Assembly: GCA_963782055.1 (NCBI GenBank)
Contig: CAWAIF010000003.1
Location: 2,240,001-2,304,000 of the forward strand
Origin: an uncultured delta proteobacterium
GTDB lineage: Bacteria > Myxococcota_A > Polyangia > Polyangiales > Polyangiaceae
Direction: 5' to 3'
DNA length: 64,000 nucleotides
The number at the start of each line of letters is the position of its first letter. Positions within the stretch are counted from its first letter, which is position 1. A model generated the notes under the pieces. The model saw only the letters and a program-made list of their open reading frames with translations, had not been told where the DNA came from and made no database searches. The position numbers and the translations under genes were made by a program. Positions 1 to 9,939 of the stretch are shown piece by piece.

Positions 1-874
1 CGTGCCCGCGGATGATGGAGACGTGACTCTTAACCATGGTCGCAGTGACGGGACCTTGAATCTGGCTCACCGCGTCGAGCATGCCCTGCCCGATGTCGCT
101 CGGGACCGTGCCGCCGCCCGGGTAAGGAGTGACCCCGTTCAACCCGTTCGGCACCCCGCAGCCCTGCATGGGCGTGTTCACGGGGTGCCCGTCGACGCAG
201 GTATCGGTCGTGCAGGAGTTGCCGTCGTTTACCGGCACGTCCCCTCCGGTGATCTGCTGCCCGCTCTCGTCACAGTAGGTGACGACGTACGCGCTGCCGT
301 CGCATTGCGTCCCGACGACGGTACCTGCGGGGACCTTCTCCGTGTGGTCGGGCTGACCGTTGGTGCACTTGTCCACTGTGCAGGGGTCTCCGTCGTCCAT
401 GTCCGTAGAAACCGTCACGTGCGCCTGGAAGTTGCCCGACGACTCGACCCAGGACCAGAGGAACAGCTGGTCCACGGTCGTCCTGCTTCCCGCCGTGATG
501 CTGACCGCGCAGTTGGTGAGCGGCAGCGGCGCGCCAGCCTGTAACGTGTCCTGCGTTCGCGAATAGATGCAGTAGTTCAGCTGCCCGTTGTTCCAGAACT
601 GCAGCTCGGCGTAGAGCGTCTGCCCTACGGGCACGGTGTCCGAAGACACCTGCACGGCGGCCGGGACGATCACCTTGATGGCCGGGTTTGGGTAGGCCGC
701 GTCGTAGCCGTTCACCCAGGCCGAGAGCGTCGTCCCGCCGCACGCGCCGTCGAGCAGGCTCTGCGTGCTGGCTGTCTGCTCGTCGGGTGAACCGCCGCAC
801 GAGAGGCCGATCACCACTGCCAAGATCAGCATCGCCGCCGACCGCCCGGAGATGCGCAGCTTCGTCAGTCCCAT
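1..874 (-). CDS. N-terminal part of a large secreted Cys-rich protein, running off the left edge; possibly an RHS/YD (teneurin-like) protein
   Basis: Not in the ORF track because it has no stop in the window. ATG at 874 with a GGGAGGAGGGAG RBS; reads MGLTKLRISGRSAAMLILAVVIGLSCGG (signal/lipobox-like), with DDGDPCTVDKC and NDGNSCTTDTC repeats. Ends at the edge ...QIQGPVTATMVKSHVSIIRGH, reminiscent of the motif preceding the carboxypeptidase-like domain of bacterial teneurin-like proteins (inference). Confidence 0.7.
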   Translation of the reverse strand, partial: MGLTKLRISGRSAAMLILAVVIGLSCGGSPDEQTASTQSLLDGACGGTTLSAWVNGYDAAYPNPAIKVIVPAAVQVSSDTVPVGQTLYAELQFWNNGQLNYCIYSRTQDTLQAGAPLPLTNCAVSITAGSRTTVDQLFLWSWVESSGNFQAHVTVSTDMDDGDPCTVDKCTNGQPDHTEKVPAGTVVGTQCDGSAYVVTYCDESGQQITGGDVPVNDGNSCTTDTCVDGHPVNTPMQGCGVPNGLNGVTPYPGGGTVPSDIGQGMLDAVSQIQGPVTATMVKSHVSIIRGH

Positions 875-1158
875 GACTCCCTCCTCCCCAGCGACCATGC
901 GCGCGGGCGCGCGGGGGGGGGGGCGCGTCAACCCATTTAGTGCCGCGACACGACGGTGTTGCACGTGGACGCGTAGTCCGTGGGTCCAGCGTCCGGATGC
1001 TGAGATTCGTAGGCAATATCGGGAGCCAGAGACAAGCACTCGAGTGATCTGTGAGTGCCGTCTACTCCCTAGGGAGTAGACCCATGTGTTCAGGTGGACG
1101 CGATGCCCCGGGCACGTCTCCATGGATGGAGCGGCGCGACACGTGGTACCGTCGCATC

Positions 1159-3564
1159 ATGCGGTGGGAAGTCCGGAGACGAGGCCCCATCGTCGTCGTG
1201 GCGGCAGTGCTCTCCCTCTGCCACGCCTGCGGGGGCACGACGGCGACCGCACCCCCGCATGCCGTGCTAGGGGCGTCGGAGCTGGACTTCGGCCTCGTCG
1301 ATTGCGGCAGCACCGAGTCGACCGAGCTGCTGACGATCGGGAACAGCGGCGGCTCCCCGCTGACGTGGGAGGCGAGCCTGGGCAAGACGGACGCGTTCTC
1401 TCTGGATGGCGCCGCCACGGGCACGCTCGCCCCGGGAGAGACGGCGAGCCTCCCGGTGAAGGCGAAGGTCCCGGGCGGCGCGCCCGCGGCCGAGGCGCTC
1501 GACACCACGCTCTGGGTGACCACGAACAATCCGGCGAACGGGACAGTCAGCATCCCGCTCCACCTCACGTCCCGCGGCGCGATGCTCTCGCTGAAGCCCG
1601 CGAGCGCGGACTTCGGGCAGATCCCGCTCGGCTTGAAAGCGCCGGACATCCCGGCGACGGTCACCAACTCCGGCAACGCGGCGGTCACGCTGGCCTTCGG
1701 CGCGCCGCAGGACTCGCAGTTCAGCGCGACATGGGACGGCTTCCCCTCCGCAGCGACCCTGCCACCGGACGGCGAGCTCACCACCACCCTAGGCTTTGCG
1801 CCGACCATCGACAAGACGGTGGTGGATGCTTCTGCCCTGCTCGTCACTGGCGCGGTGTGCGCTGCCCCAAAGACGATTGTGATGAAGGGCGAGGGCACGA
1901 AGGGGATCGCGGGCGTGAGCCCCAGTCTGCTCGACTTCGGTGTGGTCGGCTGCGCGACGGCGGCGGCACCGCAGAAGGTCACGCTGCTCAACGCTGGCAA
2001 CCAGTCCTACGACTTCATCGCGACACTGGCGCTTGGCGGCAGCTCTCCATACGTGGTCACGCCGAGCAGCGGGACGGTGCCTCCCAAGTCGCAAGTGCAG
2101 CTCGCGGTGGCGCCGAAGGCCGTCCCGTCGCAGTCCGCGCTGACGCCGGACCTGTACGACGACACGCTGGCGATCACGACGACCGCGCTCGACGACGTGC
2201 CGCACGCCGTGGCGCTGCAGGAGTCGGCGGGCGGCGCCATCCTCTCCACCAGCGCGCCTTTGGTCTTTTCGCGGCTCGCCATCGGCGCCGCCCCCGCGAA
2301 GCAGCAGCTCGTGATCACCAACACGGGCAACCAGCCGGCGCAGGTGACCCTCGCTCCGCCCAAGCCCTTCTCGGCGGCGGGCCCGGTGCTCGTGCCCGCG
2401 GGCGGCACGACGACGACCACCATCTCCTTCACACCCGACCCCGGAAGCCTGGGCCCGGTCACCCAGGACCTCGGGATCACGACCGCCGACCCCGTCTGCG
2501 CGCCGATCAGCGCCGCGAGCGCGAGCGCCACCACGTACGACCGCGCGAAGATCATCGCGGCGGGGGACAGGCACGCCTGCGCGACGGCGGTCAGCGGGGT
2601 GACGTATTGCTGGGGCGCAAACTTCTACGGCCAGCTCGGCGATGGCACCACCGTCACGAGGAAGAAGCCGGTGCCCGTGACCGGCCTGACGGACGTCATC
2701 GGGCTCGGGCTGGGCCAGTACCACTCGTGCGCCGTGCTTCAGGGCGGCACCGTCGAGTGCTGGGGCGCAGACTTCTACGGCCAGCTCGGCGACGGGAGCA
2801 CCGGTGGATACTCGACCAAGCCCGTCGTGGTGTCGAACCTCACCGATGCCATCCAGGTCACTGGTGGCAGCAACTCGTCCTATGCGCTGACGTCGACGGG
2901 AAGCGTCGTGGCGTGGGGCTTCAACGGCGACGGCCAGCTCGGCGACGGGACGACGCTCGACTCCAACGTCCCTGTGGAGGTTTCGGGCCTCACCGACGCG
3001 GTGCAGGTCGCCGGACGATGGTCGACAGCCTGCGCGCTGCGTGGCGGTAGCGGCGTCTGGTGTTGGGGCGGCCCGTCCCTGGGCGACGGGACGACTGGGT
3101 CGTCCGCCGTGCCCGTGGACACGGGGCTGACGGACATCGTGCAAGTGGGCGGCGGGCCCGGTGCGCAGGGGAATGGGTGCGCGGTCGAGAAGACGGGCGG
3201 CGTGGAGTGCTGGGGCTACAACCCGTACTCGATGACGCCGAGTTCGTTCGGGGGGCTCACCGACGCGGTGCAGGTCGAGGTCGGCGCGGAGTTCGCGTGT
3301 GCGCGGCGCGCGGGCGGAGGCGTCAGGTGCTGGGGCGACAACTCCTGGGGACAGCTCGGGTACGGCGCGGTCAACTTCACGTGGGTGCCGGTCGCGGTGT
3401 CGGGGGTGACGAGCGCCGCGAGCATCGCCGTCGGCCCAGACTTCGCCTGCGTGATGAATGGCGACGGCACGTTGCTCTGCTGGGGGCGAGGCGGCGCCTA
3501 TCAACTCGGCAACGGCGTCCAGGGCGATAGCCTCACGCCGGTGTCGGTGGTCGGGTTCGACTGA
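1159..3564 (+). CDS. Secreted/lipoprotein with Ig-like (ASH/choice-of-anchor D) domains and C-terminal RCC1/BLIP-II repeats
   Basis: Repeated LDFGxV...NxG Ig-like units; CWGxNxYGQLGDG repeats. Start uncertain (1051-1159). Confidence 0.85.
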   Translation: MRWEVRRRGPIVVVAAVLSLCHACGGTTATAPPHAVLGASELDFGLVDCGSTESTELLTIGNSGGSPLTWEASLGKTDAFSLDGAATGTLAPGETASLPVKAKVPGGAPAAEALDTTLWVTTNNPANGTVSIPLHLTSRGAMLSLKPASADFGQIPLGLKAPDIPATVTNSGNAAVTLAFGAPQDSQFSATWDGFPSAATLPPDGELTTTLGFAPTIDKTVVDASALLVTGAVCAAPKTIVMKGEGTKGIAGVSPSLLDFGVVGCATAAAPQKVTLLNAGNQSYDFIATLALGGSSPYVVTPSSGTVPPKSQVQLAVAPKAVPSQSALTPDLYDDTLAITTTALDDVPHAVALQESAGGAILSTSAPLVFSRLAIGAAPAKQQLVITNTGNQPAQVTLAPPKPFSAAGPVLVPAGGTTTTTISFTPDPGSLGPVTQDLGITTADPVCAPISAASASATTYDRAKIIAAGDRHACATAVSGVTYCWGANFYGQLGDGTTVTRKKPVPVTGLTDVIGLGLGQYHSCAVLQGGTVECWGADFYGQLGDGSTGGYSTKPVVVSNLTDAIQVTGGSNSSYALTSTGSVVAWGFNGDGQLGDGTTLDSNVPVEVSGLTDAVQVAGRWSTACALRGGSGVWCWGGPSLGDGTTGSSAVPVDTGLTDIVQVGGGPGAQGNGCAVEKTGGVECWGYNPYSMTPSSFGGLTDAVQVEVGAEFACARRAGGGVRCWGDNSWGQLGYGAVNFTWVPVAVSGVTSAASIAVGPDFACVMNGDGTLLCWGRGGAYQLGNGVQGDSLTPVSVVGFD

Positions 3565-3703
3565 CCGCCCGCACGGGGAGCGCGCCGCCCTCATTGACGC
3601 TGGGCGGGGCCGGTTCCGAGGTGGCCAGCAGCGCCACCTCAGCCAGTGAAGGGCGGCTCGCCGACGCGCTCCGTGCTCAATCGCTCGGCGGGCGCTTCAT
3701 TGG

Positions 3704-3826
3704 CACACTTGCGCCATCGTGACCGACGGCACCGTCGCTTGCTGGGGCCAAGGCTCGAAGGGCCAGCTCGGCGACAAGAGCAGCGCAAACGAGACCAAGC
3801 CCGTCGCCGTCTGGGGCTTCGACTAG
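3704..3826 (+). pseudogene. Orphan C-terminal RCC1 repeat fragment
   Basis: Translates HTCAIVTDGTVACWGQGSKGQLGDKSSANETKPVAVWGFD*, paralleling the last repeat of the upstream gene (...VVGFD*). No start codon. Confidence 0.75.
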
Positions 3827-3847
3827 CTCGGACGGCACGCCAGAGCG

Positions 3848-5242
3848 TCACCCGCCGGACGGGACCTTCGAGGATCGCTTCGCGCGACGTGAACGGCGCG
3901 CTCGGGCAGGCAAGCGCCGTCCGCGTCGCGCCGTACCGCCGTCGGCGAGCAACTTGCCCGTTGGCGTTGGGCCGTGCAGAGGTTCACCCGCCTCCAAAGC
4001 GAGCAGCTTCACAGGCTGGACCTTCCTCCCACCGAGCCCTTGCACGTCGCCAACCAGGGCCGTCATGTTGGCCCTCCCGCGCTCGAGGATCTGCTCCCGC
4101 CGCTTCCACCGCGTCATCATCGCGCGCCTCTCGCTGTCCAGGTCCTCCTGGAGGTCGACGAGCGCGTCGACGATGCCCTCCACGCGACTCCGGAATCCAG
4201 TCCCCGTGATGTACGCGTGCACGGCCGCCATCATCTCGCTCTGGTTCTCACCGGCGCGCCGGGCCAGCGCCACTTCGAGGATCCCCACGCGCAGCGCCGT
4301 GGCGAGCGCCACGGCGAAGGGCCACGCGCACACCCAGACGCCGCGCTCCATGGTGACGTGCTGGACGCCGGCCGGCAGCGCCTGCGTCACGATGATGGCG
4401 GCGACGGCGCCGGCGGCGCGCTGGTCTTGCCGCACCTTGGTCAACCAGCCGGGAGACCAGCTCTGCGTGCGCTTCGACTCCCAGAGGACCAGTCCAGCCA
4501 CGTCACCGCTGGGACCGCGGGCGCCCTGGATCACGTCGGCGCCACGGACGCCCTTTGGCACGTCGCGCAGCTCGTCGCGCGGGAAGGACCGGGCGAGCAG
4601 CTCGCGGAGGACCACCTCCTGCGCTTCGCCCTGAGCCTGCGTGGGTCCGTTCCGGAGGCGGCGCTGCAGCTCGTCGATGGTCTTCTGCAGGCCGGCCTCG
4701 TGCTGGCGGTGCTCCTCGTCACGGAGCGCTTGCTGACTCAACGCAAGGTCCAGCCGCTGCTGCACCACCTTGTCCTGCGCGGCGCGCACGCGACCAATCT
4801 CCTCCGCCACGCGCTGCTCCACGTCGAGCGATTGCCGCTGCGCGCGCTCCGCAAGGAGACGCTCGCGCTTCATCAGGTCGGCCTCCTTGGAGGTGGCGGC
4901 GCGGAGACCGGCGCGCGCCTCCGTCAGCTCGCGCTCCTTGTCGCGGACGCGCGCGTCGGCCTCGCGCTCTGCGCGCTCGCGCGCCGTCTTGGCCTCGCGC
5001 TCCCGGATGGTCTCGGCCTGCGCCGCGACGAGCCGCTCGACGTCGAGGTCGAGGCGCTGCTCTCGCTCCTCGATCTCCCGCGCCAGGCGGCGGAGCTCGG
5101 TCTCCTGCGCGTCGGCGCTCCGGCGTCGATCGGCCAGGGCGGTGTCTGCGGCCGCTCTCGCCTCGGAAGCAACCTGGTCGCGGATCAAATCGGAGAGCTC
5201 GAACTCGGCCGCGCACTTGGGACAACGGATGGGGGTGGACAT
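3848..5242 (-). CDS. DUF2130 family protein (Zn-ribbon, coiled coil, PD-(D/E)XK-like C-terminus)
   Basis: IRCPKC N-terminus, long coiled coil, QGEAQE, VPKGVRGAD and WESKRT..W motifs. Confidence 0.85.
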   Translation of the reverse strand: MSTPIRCPKCAAEFELSDLIRDQVASEARAAADTALADRRRSADAQETELRRLAREIEEREQRLDLDVERLVAAQAETIREREAKTARERAEREADARVRDKERELTEARAGLRAATSKEADLMKRERLLAERAQRQSLDVEQRVAEEIGRVRAAQDKVVQQRLDLALSQQALRDEEHRQHEAGLQKTIDELQRRLRNGPTQAQGEAQEVVLRELLARSFPRDELRDVPKGVRGADVIQGARGPSGDVAGLVLWESKRTQSWSPGWLTKVRQDQRAAGAVAAIIVTQALPAGVQHVTMERGVWVCAWPFAVALATALRVGILEVALARRAGENQSEMMAAVHAYITGTGFRSRVEGIVDALVDLQEDLDSERRAMMTRWKRREQILERGRANMTALVGDVQGLGGRKVQPVKLLALEAGEPLHGPTPTGKLLADGGTARRGRRLPARARRSRRAKRSSKVPSGG

Positions 5243-5307
5243 GGTCCTATCTTTCCGCCGCGTTCCGGCTGCCACGGGCCGGTTGCGGCGTGCTAGCGTG
5301 TGTTTCC

Positions 5308-5338
5308 AATGTGGCAACACCAGTAACGTTGCCACATT
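5308..5338. promoter_or_regulatory. Perfect 11-bp inverted repeat (candidate operator) between divergent DUF2130 and RHH genes
   Basis: AATGTGGCAAC-N9-GTTGCCACATT in a relatively AT-rich intergenic region. Confidence 0.6.
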
Positions 5339-5382
5339 AGTTACACGCGTCAAGTGTGCCTGATGTTGCTACGCGGAGGACC

Positions 5383-5604
5383 ATGAAACCACCGAGGAAA
5401 GTGGCGCGACCAGCCCGCAAGGAGCCCGATGCCAAGGTGCGCCGCAAGCCGGACGTCTCGCGCAAGGAGTCGAGCATCCGCCTCCGATGCACCGACGAGC
5501 AGAAGCGGATTCTCACGGCGGCGGCGGACCGGGAGGGGCTGGACGTCAGCTCGTGGCTGCGGACGCTGGGAATGGCGCGTGCGCGGGAGCTCGGCGTCGC
5601 GTGA
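5383..5604 (+). CDS. Small ribbon-helix-helix (DUF1778/MobC-like) DNA-binding protein
   Basis: GGAGGA RBS; SIRLRCTDEQKRILTAAADREGLDVSSWLR fits the RHH pattern. Confidence 0.75.
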   Translation: MKPPRKVARPARKEPDAKVRRKPDVSRKESSIRLRCTDEQKRILTAAADREGLDVSSWLRTLGMARARELGVA

Positions 5605-5779
5605 CGCTGCGGATCACCGCGGGTCCCGCGGGTCCCCGGCGTACAGGTGTGGAGCGCGCGGGCGGAGACACGCCCATGCTTGACCAGTAGCTGGATGGGG
5701 TCATCGTCCATCCGGACCGGCCGCACCTACGCCCGCCCCACGCCGGGGCAACGCCGAACCAGTCGCCGGTTGGAGTCCT

Positions 5780-7300
5780 ATGTCCTCTCGTCCTCGAGCG
5801 CACGTCACCGGCGATGTCGGTGAACGCCTTTTCCCCACGCTCGTCCCGGAAGAGTTCGTTGTCGAGCGGCAGAACGCCGACTACGGCCTCGACTATGTGG
5901 TGCAGGTCGCGGAGGCCTTCCGCGTGACCAGCACGCGCTTCGGATGCCAGATCAAGACCAGCGCACGCCGCCACGCTCGAAGCCGCGGCGCGCTGCGCGT
6001 GACGATCGAGACGCGGCACCTTGTGGACTGGCTGGACACCGAGACGATGCCCGTGTTCCTCGTGGCTATCGACGCTGCAGACGCGAGGGGCTACTTCGTC
6101 GACGTGGACCACGTTCCGTCCACGCTGCCGGAGGGCTGGCGTGAGCAGCGGACGGTGACGGTTCGCGTGCCGGAGGCGAACGGGGTCAACGGTGGGCCTG
6201 GATTCCGCTCCGCAATTCAAGCAGCGTGGCGTCGCCGCACCAGCCCCGCCGCCGCGGCAGCACGGCGCCAGCGTGAGATCGAGCGGCTCGATCCCCGATT
6301 TTGTGCTGCAGTCAATATCATCGATGGACGCGAGCACGTCGAGCTTCGTGCGAAGGAAGATGTCGAGTGCAGATTCTCCTTCCGTTCACCCGCGGGCGCG
6401 CGAATCTTTCACGGGGACCTCGTGACATTCGCGCCCGGCGAAGCGGCCTTCGCGGGCACTCCGTTGCTGGAGAAGGTCGGACAACTCGGGGCAACGATTC
6501 GGATCGCCGCAGAACAAGCGGCCACCATGTCGCTCGTCGCCACGCGCCCGCTGGGGAATAGCCCTGCGGTGAGCGTCCCGAACCTGCCGGCAACGATCAT
6601 CGCGGCTCCGCTCGCTGTCCAATTCAAGGCGGCGCTCATGGGGAGACTGCTCACGTGGTCGATGGAGCTCCAGCGCAACCCGCCCAGCGTCGAGGCGCGG
6701 ATCGGTCTCGACGTTGGCGCGTGGGGTGGGATGCGCGTTGACGCGCTGCCGTTCCTCGACGAGCTCCTAGCCTTCACTGCCGCGTGCGTAGCCGGCTCGC
6801 CCATCCGCAATGTTCTCCACCTACCGGGCCGGGACGAAGTGCTCACCGAGGCGTTGCCGCCCCGGGACACCATCGAGCGCTTCGCTGAGATCCTCATGCT
6901 CGTGTCGCAGGCCCGCGAGGTGTGCCGTGCGCTTCGGGTGTCAGCCGCGTTGCCGGACGAGCTCACCGAGCTGCACGAGCACCAAATCCGCCGTGCCCAC
7001 GCCTTGCTCACCACCGGCGAGTACCGCGCGCCGGGCAGCGCGTACGACTTCACTGTGACGGCGACACCCATTTGTGCGCGCGACCTTCCGAAGCGCGGGC
7101 CGGTTCGCATGGTGATGGGTGGAGCTAGGAAGCCAATTTCGTTCCTGGATACTGAGATCATGGTGGCGGTTGAGAGCGTCGGCATGACCGACGCCGTGAT
7201 CGTGCCGGGCAGGCGCACTGGTGACGGCCATCGCCGTTTTCGGTTTTCGACGGAGAAGGGCGAGTTCATTCAGCGAGGCACGCCGCTGCCGACGGCATGA
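5780..7300 (+). CDS. DUF4365 (PD-(D/E)XK-like nuclease) domain protein
   Basis: N-terminal GDVGE...DYGLD...FGCQIKT...WL...PVFLV pattern. Confidence 0.75.
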   Translation: MSSRPRAHVTGDVGERLFPTLVPEEFVVERQNADYGLDYVVQVAEAFRVTSTRFGCQIKTSARRHARSRGALRVTIETRHLVDWLDTETMPVFLVAIDAADARGYFVDVDHVPSTLPEGWREQRTVTVRVPEANGVNGGPGFRSAIQAAWRRRTSPAAAAARRQREIERLDPRFCAAVNIIDGREHVELRAKEDVECRFSFRSPAGARIFHGDLVTFAPGEAAFAGTPLLEKVGQLGATIRIAAEQAATMSLVATRPLGNSPAVSVPNLPATIIAAPLAVQFKAALMGRLLTWSMELQRNPPSVEARIGLDVGAWGGMRVDALPFLDELLAFTAACVAGSPIRNVLHLPGRDEVLTEALPPRDTIERFAEILMLVSQAREVCRALRVSAALPDELTELHEHQIRRAHALLTTGEYRAPGSAYDFTVTATPICARDLPKRGPVRMVMGGARKPISFLDTEIMVAVESVGMTDAVIVPGRRTGDGHRRFRFSTEKGEFIQRGTPLPTA

Positions 7301-7389
7301 TGCGCGTGCCGCTGCTTGTGGCGCAGCGCGCCACAGACGCCGGCATCACCGCCTATGCGTCTGCCCAATCCTTTGGTATTACAGCCGTC

Positions 7390-7839
7390 ATGTCCAACCT
7401 GGAGACGCAGCTACAGCAGCTCGCAGCGAACTTCGCCCACAACGTGCTCGCGGCGTTGCGTGGCGCATCCCTCGGCGACATCGCCGGTGAGGCTAGCGGT
7501 CATGCAAGGACGTCGACCGCGGTGACGAGCACGCCCCGCCGGGCGCGCGCTGGCCGACCTGCGAAGGGCACACGCGCTGCGCCACAAGGCGCGGCCACGT
7601 CGCGCAAGACCGGGAAGGGCGGCCGCCTGATGCGCCGCTCGCCGGAGGCGATCACCAAGGAGGTCGACCGCATCGTCGCGCTTCTCAGGGGGAAGAAGGA
7701 CGGCCTGCGGGCCGAGCAGATCCAGGCCGCGCTCAAGCTACGGCGGAAGGAGCTGCCGAAGCCGCTCGCCGAGGGGCTCGCCAAGAAGCGCCTGAAGCGG
7801 AAGGGCGAGAAACGCGCGACCGTGTACTTCGCGACCTGA
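7390..7839 (+). CDS. Basic histone-like/DNA-binding protein
   Basis: Lys/Arg-rich; GGRLMRRSPE..., GLRAEQI..., KGEKRATVYF C-terminus. Confidence 0.7.
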   Translation: MSNLETQLQQLAANFAHNVLAALRGASLGDIAGEASGHARTSTAVTSTPRRARAGRPAKGTRAAPQGAATSRKTGKGGRLMRRSPEAITKEVDRIVALLRGKKDGLRAEQIQAALKLRRKELPKPLAEGLAKKRLKRKGEKRATVYFAT

Positions 7840-8451
7840 GGCGCGGTTCTCCACCCCCCGGCGGCGCGCGCCTCACGGCCCGCACGCGTTCGGTCCCCCG
7901 CAGCTCGACGACGCGAAGCTGTACGGATCGCAGTGCGCCGCGCCGCAGTTGGAGTCGTTGACGCACTGGAGCGCGCAGAACTTGTTGGCCTTGGAGTCGG
8001 TCACGCAGCAGTACTGGCCGGCGCAGGACGTCAGGCCGTTGCATCCGTCGTAGGCCGCGCCGTCGTTCGCCTTGCACACGAACGGCCCGACCGGGTTGCC
8101 CGAGTTGTCGACGTGCGGCGCGCACGCGCCCGACTTGCACTCGGCGCCGGCGGTGCAGCGGCACTCTTGCGTGAACTGGCTCGCGAGCGCACCGTTCGGC
8201 AGGCACGCGCCCTTCCCGCTGCTGAACAGCGTGCAGCATGGCGATCCGGTCGGGCACGCGCTGGAGGTGGTGCAGACCTGCGCGCACTCCTTCTGGATGC
8301 CCGTGTCGACGCAGATGGAGCCCTGGTGATGAGCGACAATTATTCCTGCAGGTCGACGACAACTATTCCTGCAGGTCGGTCGCCGTCCTGACGGCACGTG
8401 CGAGGCTGCGGTCCGGTGCTGCGGGCCGGCCCCGGGGCTCCAGGAGCTCCG

Positions 8452-9939
8452 ATGGTCACGGACGAGCAGGTCAGGCTGTTGAGGAAGAAGATGTCCGAAG
8501 GAAAGACGATCGCGTTTGCCGCGGCGGCAGCGGGGCTCTGCGAGCGCAGCGCCTACACCTGGAAGCAGGGGGCGCTGCCGAGCGAGAGCAAGGAGCCACG
8601 GGCTTGGCGCACGCGCACCGACCCGTTCGCGGGGGTCTGGGACTCCGAGATCACCCCGCTGCTCGCATCCGACGAGCACGGTGTGCTGGAGGGGACGACG
8701 GTGCTGGCGGAGCTGCGCCGACGCCACGGTGAGCAGTACGGCCCCTCGCTCCTGCGCACGTTGCAGCGGCGCATGCACGAGTGGCGTGCCCTGCACGGCC
8801 CGGGCAAGGAGGTGATGTTCGAGCAGCGGCACGAGGCCGGACGCGAGGGCTCGTTCGACTTCACCGACGCCTCCGCGCTCGGCGTCACCATCGCCGGCGA
8901 GGCGTTCCCGCACCTGTTCTTCCAGCTCGTGCTGAGCTTCAGCAAGTGGCGCTGGGTCGGGCTCGCGTTCTCCGAGACCTTCGAAGCGCTCGTGCGCGGG
9001 CTCCAGGGCGCGCTCTGGGAGCTCGGCGGCGTCCCGCGCGTCTGGCGCAGCGACAACCTCTCGGCCGCGACGCACCAGATCCCCGGCGGGGGACGTGAGC
9101 TCAATCGCCGCTTCGCCGACGTCCTCGACCACTACGGCGCGAAGTCGACGCGGATCGAGCCCGGGGAGTCTCACCAAAACGGCGTCGCCGAGAAGGCCCA
9201 CGACGTGCTGAAGTCGGCGCTGCGCCAGGAGCTGGTTGTGCGCGGGAGCCGCGACTTCCCCTCGGTCGCGGCGTACATGGAGCTCGTCGAGAAGGTCCGC
9301 GGCGGGATCAACGACGGCAAGTCCGCGGCGCTGCTGGCCGAGGAGCGAGAGCGCCTTCTCCCGCTCCCGCGCACGCGGCTGCCCGAGTACACGAAGTACA
9401 CCGCGACGGTGCGGCAGTGGAGCACGATCCACTTCGCTCACCGTGTCTACTCGGTGCCCTCGCGGCTCATCGGCTGCGAGGTCGAGGTCCGGCAGTATCC
9501 CGACCTCGTCGAGGTCTACTACCGCGACCGCACCAAGCCGACCGCCACGATGCCGCGCATCCGCGGAGACCGCTACCACCAGGTCGACTACCGGCACGTC
9601 ATCTGGTCGCTGGTGCGCAAGCCGGGCGCGTTCGCGCGCTACCGTTTCCGCGAGGAGCTGTTCCCCTCGCTCGTCTTCCGTCGCGCTTACGACGCGCTCG
9701 TCGAGGCGCATGGCGACCGCGCCGACGTCGAGTACGTGCGCATCCTTCACCTCGCGGCGAGCACGATGCAGGCCGACGTCGAGAAGGTCCTGCAGGCCCT
9801 GCTCGCGCGCGGCGAGAGGCCGGACTTCATCACGGTCAAGGCGCTCGCCGCGCCCGAAAGCCCCACGATCCCCGTCGTGCACATCCCGCCGCCAGACCTC
9901 TCCGTCTACGACCGTCTGATCGGGGGCGAAGCATCATGA
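8452..9939 (+). CDS. istA: IS21 transposase
   Basis: FDFT, SDNLSAA and NGVAE DDE motifs; YSVPSRLIG. Confidence 0.93.
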   Translation: MVTDEQVRLLRKKMSEGKTIAFAAAAAGLCERSAYTWKQGALPSESKEPRAWRTRTDPFAGVWDSEITPLLASDEHGVLEGTTVLAELRRRHGEQYGPSLLRTLQRRMHEWRALHGPGKEVMFEQRHEAGREGSFDFTDASALGVTIAGEAFPHLFFQLVLSFSKWRWVGLAFSETFEALVRGLQGALWELGGVPRVWRSDNLSAATHQIPGGGRELNRRFADVLDHYGAKSTRIEPGESHQNGVAEKAHDVLKSALRQELVVRGSRDFPSVAAYMELVEKVRGGINDGKSAALLAEERERLLPLPRTRLPEYTKYTATVRQWSTIHFAHRVYSVPSRLIGCEVEVRQYPDLVEVYYRDRTKPTATMPRIRGDRYHQVDYRHVIWSLVRKPGAFARYRFREELFPSLVFRRAYDALVEAHGDRADVEYVRILHLAASTMQADVEKVLQALLARGERPDFITVKALAAPESPTIPVVHIPPPDLSVYDRLIGGEAS

